NCBI RefSeq assembly: GCF_006345805.1
Contig: NC_042997.1
Coordinates: forward strand, 6,448,001-6,512,000
Source of the DNA: Octopus sinensis
Lineage: Eukaryota
Length of the DNA: 64,000 nucleotides
Reading direction: 5' to 3'
Position numbers and translations under genes: made by a program. Shown here piece after piece: positions 52,415-64,000 of the stretch. The notes beneath the pieces are model-generated. The model was not told where the DNA came from. It saw only the letters and a program-made list of their open reading frames with translations, and did no database searches. Each line of letters starts with the position of its first letter. Within the stretch, counting starts at the first letter, position 1.

Positions 52415-55294
52415 TTGGAAAGGATAAGTGATATTTAAGTAGAGATAGGGAGAGTGCAAATCTACCATATGCGTGCGTGATGCGATTTGCCTTGTTGACC
52501 AAAGTTATGTCTAAATGAGGAGAACGGTAAGGAATTGTGGAGAACCATTACTATTTCTGTCCCCCGTTCAATTAACGTTATGACTCCACTTTTCTATTTT
52601 TCAGCTCACACATGTACAAATTTGATTTTACTTTCATTTTTAGATGTTTCTTTATTGAACTAGCAAATTGTTATTGATTCATTTTTATTAGCTGTTCAAG
52701 CAGAAATAACTGAATCAAGAGGCGAAAAAAGTTATTTTAAAATGCTTTAAAGACAAAGGAACAGAAATGAAATGAGGTTTAATTAAAAATAATGATTTAA
52801 AATGAAGGTATTTCCTCATTCATCGATTATATTTTTGTTTTAAATTTTGTTACGCACTGGTTTATTTGTACAAATCATGTTAAAACATAAAATATAATTT
52901 TTCATTTTCTTATTTGATTCATTGAGTTTGTGCTTTATCCAAACTTCTATGTTGCTATTTCAGTCTCCATGAACATTTATATCTGAATTGCAGATTAAAA
53001 TTTATGCACAATATATATAACTGTATAGTAGATATATATTATTGTATACTTGTGCATTACAGTCTTGAAAGTCTTGTGTATATAAATTCGGCAATCTATG
53101 TTGCAAAGCAGCAAATATTTGCAATGTGTCGGCTTTATCCTTTTCGTTTATCATTTACGTATAGCTTTCTGTATGCAAATGACAAAAATTTAATCTTAGT
53201 GCAATTCAAATTTGCATGATTACGTATTCTCTTCCTTTATCTCAAAGGGCAAAATACTTTAGCTCGATTTTGAAAATTTTGGAGCCATTTATTTTGTTTC
53301 AGATAATTTTAAGAACAAAATGTCTTCGTTCCACAATGCTATCTACGTTCTACAACATACAAAAAAACGATGCTACTTAAAATTAAACTTGTACCTTCAA
53401 TTATTGCCGTGAGCTTGGTTCATCCAATTTTCTATAAACACAAAAACCTTATTCCACTAGCGCCAAAACATCATTTCATATAAAGTTGGAATGTTTAGGA
53501 AAATATAAATGTTATAATATACACATTCCTATCAAATCATTAACTAATAATGTAATCGGAATGCTTAAGCAGTGAAGCTTCAAATCATGCGTGTAATCAC
53601 CAATGTATATTAGTTTGAAACCCCAATGTTCGTAGATATTTTATAATGAATTGCCTTATACAGCCATCAATTTTCCAATGTGCATAAGTGTATGTATATG
53701 TCTGTTAATACCTGTTGTATTAAGCAAAGTTTAAGAGATAAGTCAGCTGAATTTTCAGACACCTTTTTCAAAAAATTATACGTTTTATCTACAATTATGT
53801 AACATCATCATTTGCATTGCACTTTAATTTTTCCATGGAATCTCAATTCTACACGAGTTTGCTCTAAATTCTTTACAAAAATAAACACCAGTAATACATT
53901 ACATCAGCGGTTACCTAACCATTTCCTTGAGCTAAAATTGTCTTTGTGTTTACTGTAAAGAAGCCACAAAATTATTAGAAGAATCGAAACATACCTACAC
54001 ATCCTTTATGGAATTGTCATAAAATGGTTAAAATATATATTTGATAGGCATATGAGGATATTCTTTCTTTTAGAGCTTATTATTAATCAAGAAGTCTAGA
54101 GACAATAAACAAAAGATCTACTCTGCGTGAGTATCACAAAGAATGCCAAAGTCATAACTATGTAGTCAAGGAAAATTTAATAAAAATTATACCACAGCTA
54201 TATAGTGCGTACCTATATAGCTTTGCACGTGTAGAAGCGGCACTGCATTGGTTGAGGAATAGAAAGGAAGGAATAACGTGTGAATTATTCGCAAAATGAC
54301 AAAGAAATTCGGCGATAAAAAGAATCTGAAGCAATAAAAACATATATAAGAATTAAGATCAATATATTTCGTCAGTATTGAAAGATGAACATTCTTTGAT
54401 GTTCTCTTCTCTTCGCATCTTTTCACAGAAATGTTATTATTACATATATTTTTTTCGTTTGCCTTCTTTTCTTTTGGTGATATCGGTAGATAATATTTGC
54501 AAGCATTAATGAGACTTTCATATCGAAACGATCACTTGAATGCGATATTGCAAATTAAGCACAGACACATATAAAGGAAGACAAAAGCAGAGAGGCACTG
54601 GAGTAGACGTTCAATGGATAACTGGTCTCAGGGATCTTTCGTTTCCAAGATCAGAAGAAATATATTAATACCAGCGCGTTTATGGTAAGTTTATTGGATC
54701 ACGAAATAAACACAAAAAACGTTATTGCTAGCAATAATTTAAGCTATTTTATCAATATTTTGGTGTGTGAATGGGGTTGGCTGTGTGGGAACAAGTGTGT
54801 CAGATCATATGCATAGTATTATTTAGTTTCGCCCTTTTACTTTCTCATTTTAAATTCCGCATCACTCATCTTAACCGGTTATCTTTTGGGGATCAATAAA
54901 GTAAGTGGCAGCCATATCCAACACTCCAGTAATTCGGCTATACGCATCATTTACGAAACGTTGGTGACGCTTACACATATACGAAAAAGAGTCAGATTTT
55001 ACGCTTCTTCATATTTGCTTCATATAGCGAAGAATTAAACTTCGATAATCATCCTCTGGGAGTCGATAAAATAAGACACAATCGAATAGTAGGTTCCATT
55101 CAACCGACAAGATTCAAACCATCCAATTGTGCGCCCTAATGAATTCGATTGAAACCAATATCATATTGTATTATATTATTTTTTTCAACAGGGTTCATCC
55201 ATATTATGTGTGGTTCATTATACCAATACACTTTCCGTCAAGATATTACTTGATATAATACCCAAACATACACAAACACATACACACGCATGTA

Positions 55295-55300
55295 ATATAG

Positions 55301-55382
<82 letters not shown>

Positions 55383-55482
55383 ATATATATATGTATATAT
55401 GTGTATATATATATATAGATATATACGTATATATACATAGAGATATATACCTATATATACATATATTTATGTATATGTATAT

Positions 55483-55545
<63 letters not shown>
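55295..55545. repeat. (TA)n array
   Basis: Read directly. Confidence 0.95.
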
Positions 55546-55547
<2 letters not shown>

Positions 55548-56417
55548 CTGTTGCACATTTAGTTATTTAGTTTTAATCTAGTACGATAGAGAGTGCACTT
55601 AACGCACGAATGCTGAATATATAAACAAAAAATATTACTAGTTTGGTTATTGGATCACATACAATATACGTATTATTTAGTTTTATTTGAGTCAGTTCGA
55701 ATTTTGCAAATGGCGTTGTTGAAAGCATTAGACAGAATAAACCAGAAATATTTGAGACCAGTCAGTTGTGATATAGCCTGCCGATATATACTGCAGCATT
55801 TTGGAAAAAAGATGTTAAAAGTTTACAGTAATTCGTGTGGAAGTATAAGCAACAAAACAAGAATGACGACAGTGAAAGTTACTTTAAAAATGGTCCCGAT
55901 ATTTCGCCTAAAATAACGTATTGAGAAGTTGAAGAATAACGATAAGATAGAGAGAGAATATTTTTTGTAATATAGTGTATTGATAATAAGGTACCCAATG
56001 ATGTGTGTGTGTGTGAGTTTGTTGGGATATTTAGAAACTCTTTCACGAATAAAGATTAAAGAACAAGAAGTCCTTAAAACGTTACGGGAATTTCTCCAAA
56101 GGTTTAGAGCAAATACAAATGTTATGAATCAATATTATCCTACGATTATTCGTTGCTAACTGTTTTCATAATAGATTTCAAAGATAATGTAATTAATTTT
56201 GCACATTGAAAATAAAAATATTTATTTACACATTAGATATTTCAGGAGATGAAATGTTCATGTATATCATTTTTGAAAATTATTATTAAAATTATTTTAA
56301 TTACTTTCCTTATAGAGCATACACGAAAACTGTCGATACCAGGGTTGAACGTGCGATTATTATTTTTTTGTTTCAGTTGTGATTATGAAACTATTGCGTC
56401 TATAGCAGTAATATGAA

Positions 56418-56571
56418 CTTACTTTATTAATTGTTTTCTAAAATTAATAAATTTTTCCTTAAATGATTTATTCCAAACCTAAATCTTTTTACATAGGTTT
56501 TATATAAAATATACTGAAGCAAAAACTGTGGTAGAAAATCCAGTTCGGACTGTAAGATTTATGTTAATATT
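56418..56571 (+). repeat. 154-bp unique segment recopied at 60089-60242
   Basis: Identical except AAAAACTGTGG versus AAAAACGGTGG. Confidence 0.95.
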
Positions 56572-59402
56572 GCATTTATTTCACTAAATCCCCATATTTG
56601 AAAAATTTGTAGAATTCGCAAATGCTACTGATTATATTACATTTAGTAGATTATTACATATGTTTTGGCTAATAATACAAAAGTACTTATATTGGTAATT
56701 AAATTATTTACGGCTGTTTTTACAATAGAGTTTAGCAGTTTAACTATTTTGAAGTTTATTTGCATTAGAATGGCTGATTGCGCAAAAGAGGAATCAATGA
56801 TTATATAAGACTTTGTCCACGAGGATTTGGTAGTAATCATAGTGAATGTATTACATACGATACACAATGATAGAGAACTCTCTGCTGTTATGAATCGTTT
56901 ATTTTAAGGCGTGAAAATCTCTTCAGTAAGCGAATTATTGGCATCATATGTCTTGCAGTTTCTACATAAATTTTAACACGGTTATTTTCTAAATTCCATA
57001 TATATTTGTACTTGTTATTTTTAAATAAAATTGATAAACATATTATACATTTATGCAGAAATCAGTCCATCTTAACTATTTGAGTAATTCAATATCTAGT
57101 GTGCATTGTAATATATCTACTAATGACCATTTTAAATATCTTGTTTACAAAAAAAATTATACTCCGTTATTCAAGAATATTTCTCATAAATAATCTGTTC
57201 CTAGTGTAGAATAATCTGTTTCTCGTGTAGATACTTATGCCCACTCAACATCGATCTATAACGATATTGTTAATGTTAATTCAGCACACATAGTGTAAGA
57301 TAGCGAAATAAATATTCTAAATGATGTTTTTAACAAAACATTGAGGGATCATTAACTGCCTTGTATTATTTCTAATTAAATACATATTCTAAATAACACA
57401 CGTCTAATTATAGCGATATTTCTTAACTACATCCAATTTCAAATTGCTCTCTTCACGAAATATTTGCAGATATATCTATTTAATTGAGTACTATATTTTC
57501 CAGATGCGTTTTCCGAATATGTTTATTGTCTTCTCTTCACAACACCAAAATACTTTAAACTCCCCACATTACCTTCACATTATTAAACTGTATAAAATAT
57601 TTCCTAATAAATATCACAGATATATCTTTGGTTTCTTTTCCCTATCTAAAACCTGTTTTTTCTTGTACAATATCTCACTCTATTTTGACTTTCAGCTTCT
57701 CGATCTGCTTTTCTCAACTTCTCTCTAGCGTTCTTCGAAATTAATAATAGTTATGTTAAAGGAATTTTTACTTTAATTAAATAGTTTTTTCTAACAATTG
57801 GGAAGAAAAATTGTAACAATCCTGATTTGAATTCCTTCGGTTTTTCTTTAGTTGCTCTACCGCTAGACGCCTTCTAGCATTAAATACTTTATAACGGTTG
57901 CTGTATGTGTGCTTTCAACCGTCTCGCCAATTAGCATCTCCTTAGAGTACTTATTTATATCTATAAGGCATGAAGAAATATATCCACAACGCGATTATAT
58001 ATAATTATTATTAAATATATGGAATAAAATATATTCAAGGAAATAAAATATATATAATTATAAATTCAATGTTCAATCCATTTTCAAAATTTTCTAAATG
58101 CTCATGAACACACTGTCTCTTTTTCTTTATGCAGATAAATGATCATTGGTGGTTAATTAACCTTCATTTGAAAGAGAACTATCACACCCGAAATCCACTA
58201 TGTCCACCAACTTGTGCTTCCGACTAGAAGGAATCAATATATTCACAGGAGATATGCACACTTAGACACATAAAGAACATCAGTCCTCGTGTGAAGTTAG
58301 TGGAACAATATGCACTCCAGCTTCTGTTTAACTCCTCGTGTATGATCTTTTATGTTAAGATCAAAGATTCATAGCTATTTATGACTAAAATAAAAAATAT
58401 ACTACAATCAATTCTGGATACTATCGTATGACATTAGAAATACTTTGATACTTTAACCATTTCAATTCACTATTTCATGTGCAATTCATTTTTTAAAGCA
58501 GAATCACAAGTTCCTTGATAAAGATCTCAATTCCATTTTCTTCATTACCTGATCTTTTCAGTTCGTTTCTTAATAATGAACGGCTGAATGATATCTTTTG
58601 TCATGCATTAAAAAGAAGGATCTCTTTTCAGTTTGTTTTGGAGGATTCGCCACTAAAAATCTTTTTTTCCATCTCAACTAATCAAAAATATTGGCAATGT
58701 CGATCAGAGGCATAAGATTTCTGAGAAAGATAGTATTCACACTAAAATAGATTAAATTTTCCAGCAAACTGTATCAATTATAACTGATTTATGAATAACA
58801 AACACCTGTTGGAATATTTAGAGAGAAAATGATTCGTTATTTTCTCACGTTTGTGTTTTTGTTAGCAACTATAATAAGGCAATTATTGAGATATTATGTT
58901 TGTCCTGCATGTTCTATCTTCGACAGTGTTTCTCTAAACGCATGTGAAATTTGCAAGACTCATGTTCTTTAATAAAAATCGTGTACACTTCGCATTACCG
59001 TAGTTTTATGTACCTCAACCGCACTAAAAAACATGCTCTCGCTCTCCCATACACACACAACACACCTATACATACACATACATATAAATATATAAATGTG
59101 TATATATAGGAGTGTGTGCATGTGTGTGTGTATGTATATATGTGTGTGCGCGTGTGTTTGCGTATGTGTGTGTGTGTGTGTCTCAGTATATATTAAAAAT
59201 ATGATAAACAGTAGCGAAATTATTTAATTTCTAGGTCACGGATTCCTTATATTGCATTATGTTACAAAGCCACAATATCTGAATTGACGCTCAGGGCGGG
59301 TGTTCCCTAGCAGAACTATTGTGATTCGGCACCCAAAATACTCTTGGAACATCCAATGGGGTATTCCTCATAACTGCAATTGTGAAACGTTTGTAGAAAC
59401 TA

Positions 59403-60941
<1,539 letters not shown>

Positions 60942-61162
60942 AAAATAATTTTATAAAACACATTTCAGTCGCGGTTTCAGTCATTGAGATATTTTGAACT
61001 ATAAGTATGGAAAGCAATTAATTTGGGAAAAATTAAAAGAAAAAAATTTAAAGGAATATTTCCATTATATTCAAATGCAACGAGTATTTTCCTTGTCTCT
61101 GCCTGTCTTTCTCTCTCTCCTGTCTACTCTTGAGGGTTCGAGGTAGTTGTGAATTCTTGGCA

Positions 61163-61202
61163 GATAATAATAATAATAACAACAACAACAACAAAGAAGC
61201 GG

Positions 61203-61235
<33 letters not shown>

Positions 61236-61311
61236 AGAAGAAGAAGAAGAAGAAGAAGAAGAAGAAGAAGAAGAAGAAGAAGAAGAAGAAGAAGAAGAAG
61301 AAGAAGAAGAA
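61163..61311. repeat. Compound (TAA)n(CAA)n(GAA)n microsatellite
   Basis: Read directly. Confidence 0.95.
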
Positions 61312-61633
61312 TGCGGGAGTGCCATATGGTTAATTGCTCTGAAAGTGACATATTGTGGGTGATAGTAGTGATTGAATTCTTTATGTATCTCATGTGAATA
61401 TATTGTTTATAATATTTATGTAGGTGCTATTCTAAACAGTAGTCATGTATCGAGGGAGGTGACAGAGAGGAGGACGACGAAGAAAAAAGTGAGAATAATA
61501 AAGGAATGCAAGCAGTATGATTGTAGTAGGATGTTAAATAGTCAACTGACCTAAAAGTGCCTCATTGTGGATTATAGCAGTGATTTTAGCAGTGATTCGA
61601 TGATATGCTAAAATATTCCTATATTTGGGTAAA

Positions 61634-61815
61634 TGAAAATACTAGAGTATCCGTGAATTATCATTTTATTGAAAAAAATCCCGTCTCAGAGTCACACTTT
61701 TACTGCCTGCAGTGTTCTTTCAGCTTTTCTAAACCCTGTGAAAGGACGCGAAAAACTGGGCCTCCAGCTAAGAATTTCACGATAACCTAAAAGCCAGGAG
61801 ATTTTCAGTTTCTCC
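61634..61815 (-). mobile_element. Mariner-derived short non-autonomous element fragment
   Basis: Minus strand SQGLEKLKEHCR resembles the mariner C-terminal G..KL..RC.K. Ends AAAGCCAGGAGATTTTCAG, the inverted counterpart of the 45911 TIR-like start. Confidence 0.6.
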
Positions 61816-62114
61816 ACTTCGTTCGTGAATATATATATATGAAAAATAAAAAAACCTCGATATTATGAAAATAGAGGAATGTATCTGTAAATGTAATATG
61901 TGAAAATTATTCGGTACCCATGATAAAACTCCTAGTCTCGGATGCCGAGGTGAAACTCCACGCTGCCATCTCTTCAGTTATCCGACCATAGGAAAAATGC
62001 TATTTTTTTGATAGCATTTTCCCGAAACTTCGAGTTTTATCATGGCTACAGAATAATCGTCACATATTACATCCACCCATTCCGTGCTTGCGCGCGCACG
62101 TGTCTGTGCGTGTG

Positions 62115-62148
<34 letters not shown>

Positions 62149-63079
62149 TGTTTAAATCCAACCACGGAATAACCAGCTTCTGGTAATACGTATGCCAGTA
62201 GAGTTTCATGTGATTCTCTACAAATAGCACACAGAGAATGAAGCTGATACATGATATGTATATCTTCTGGAATATCTTAAAATGTATGTCCTTTTACTCA
62301 AGTTAAAATATTATTGCAAAGAGCAGTTAGACTTCAATCCAGAGAGGTGACAGCAGACATCGCTAGCTTCCAGCAAGCCATCGCAGTTCTCCTACAAGGT
62401 CCCGCAATTTGCAGCGGTTATTTTATCTGTGCTTTTCTTTTTTAATCAGGTAATGTCTGAATCCAATTCAGCAAATCTATTGTCGCTTAATATTCCGATA
62501 ATCAGTGAATCTCTGAGAGTTTGTGCATGTATATGTGTATGTATGCATTAGCATGTGTAAGCACGTATGCATACATGCATATATAAATAAATATACATAT
62601 ATATATATCGGGCATTCGTCGTAACAAGACGTACTTTTCATAGCTCCGGTCAAAGTCAGTAGCCAAAGAAGCATATTTCAACTCAAGCCAGCAGAAACTC
62701 TCCTTGTTTTTAGTCCCAGAACTTTTGAATTCTACAATTCTACTATTCGACTCTTTTACCACCATCGGAGGATAAATTTATACAAATCTATATAAAACCT
62801 GGAGAAAGAAACATAAACCAAAACTAAACCCAAGACTAGTTCTAAAACTAGTCCCGTGAGTACAATTCTTTTTTCTTGATCTGTATTAAACACACCACTC
62901 ATCCTGATTTGTACTAAATACACTGAACTCTCCCACACACACTCAGATAAAGCCACGCATTTCCGAATATATTGACACAAACTTTTCAACGGTGTATTCA
63001 CTATTATACATCAAGCCATCAATTTAACTGACGTACTGTGTATAATACTGTCCCACTGGATATGGCCAATAATATTTAA

Positions 63080-63245
63080 AAACGCCACAGGGTTGAAAAT
63101 GAAATCCCTGCACTGATAAACGCTTGGTACACTCACCACAACGAAGCTAATGTTTACAGTAAAATAGCTGAAAAATTAGCAAAAGAATCCTTTCACAGAT
63201 CTGTAAAAAAGATCGAAAATAAAATAAAAGAGATTGTAAGAACAT
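63080..63245 (+). pseudogene. Myb/SANT-like trihelix DNA-binding domain remnant (Harbinger-type accessory protein-like)
   Basis: Translates ENEIPALINAWY...NVYSKIAEKLAKESFHRSVKKIENKIKEI, matching E...LI..W...VY..IA..L...F.RS....KIK. In-frame stop after the ATG at 63062. Confidence 0.5.
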
Positions 63246-63265
63246 TTGCTATTTTCCACACGCAC

Positions 63266-63982
63266 ATGGCAACACTAGAATCCATCCTTGTCAATGAATG
63301 TAGTGTACCAAATGACCCAACTCCAACAGGTCAGGGGTCACTTCAATTACCCGATAGCCAGCAACAAACATCTGACCAAATTCCACCCATTGACCCAACA
63401 CTACCTTGGCAAGCCAGGACTCACTATCACAACAACAGCCTGCTTCTGTTACTACATTGGAAGCAACTTGTTTAGCACCAGCATCTGACCCGATTCCACC
63501 CAGCCATACTGTTGCAGGTCAAGTTTCACTGCTGCTACAGCAACAACAACAACACACTGCTACTGCTACTACAATAGGATCACTGACGAAAGAGCCTGCC
63601 AGAATAGAAAAACCACTACCACACCCACATCAAACACCTTGCCGTTACTATTCTCAAGGCAACTGTAGATTTGGCGCCAGCGGCACCAACAAGGGACGCT
63701 GTGCTCTTTTCCATCCTACCTTATGTCGTAGACTTGTTAAGGGCACCTGTCCATATGGTATAACGGGAAAAAACTGCCCTCACATCCACCATCAAATACT
63801 GTCCTAAATACAGATTCCATGGTCCTGATCCCAAATATGGAGGCACAGAAGGCAATGGATTCATCTTCTTCCATCCTAAACTGTGTCAAACGTCTGTGTC
63901 ACTAAGGATGTGCCTGAACACAGAATGCAACGACCACTATCTGAAGGGCACAAAACGATCGCAAAATAAATTTAAACAGTAA
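63266..63982 (+). mobile_element. Frameshifted LINE-type ORF1 with tandem CCCH-like zinc fingers (5' end of an element running off the window)
   Basis: CRYYSQGNCRFG...CALFHPTLCRRLVKGTCPYG..GKNCPHIH, then in another frame CPKY..G...FFHPKLCQTS..MCLNTECNDHYLKGT. Frameshifts at ~63400 and ~63790. Confidence 0.65.
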
Positions 63983-64000
63983 CAGAGGAGATCTACGACA

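Noticed and set aside
53173-53217. Inverted pair of octamer motifs ATGCAAAT/ATTTGCAT
   Set aside because: Expected by chance in AT-rich DNA, with no snRNA gene or promoter context nearby.
61700-61790. Apparent minus-strand exon VIVKFLAGGPVFRVLSQGLEKLKEHCR
   Set aside because: It shares sequence with 45911-46065 and belongs to a mariner-derived dispersed repeat.

Overview
AT-rich eukaryotic DNA dense in (TA)n/(CA)n/(GAA)n/(TAA)n microsatellites and tRNA-derived SINEs. The repeat make-up suggests an octopus-like cephalopod genome (inference). I cannot confidently identify any host protein-coding gene, RNA gene or CRISPR array; most ORFs in the track are microsatellite read-throughs. The recognisable coding sequence is decayed transposon material: four R4/Dong non-LTR copies, RTE and CR1/L2-type RT fragments, a CCCH-finger LINE ORF1, a Ty3/Gypsy integrase, mariner pieces, a Helitron and Penelope-like remnants. 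The most unusual object is a ~630-bp fold-back element (43647-44277, with a split second copy at 114-2030). Each arm is a tRNA-like head, a (TAA)n tract and a minimal hammerhead-ribozyme-like motif, and the element ends in TA-CAGT...ACTG-TA. Its internal TAA tract is itself an R4/Dong landing site. A near-identical duplication with a 154-bp templated junction (56.4-60.9 kb) and a few low-confidence phase-1 exon candidates also stand out. Element boundaries are approximate unless termini are quoted.
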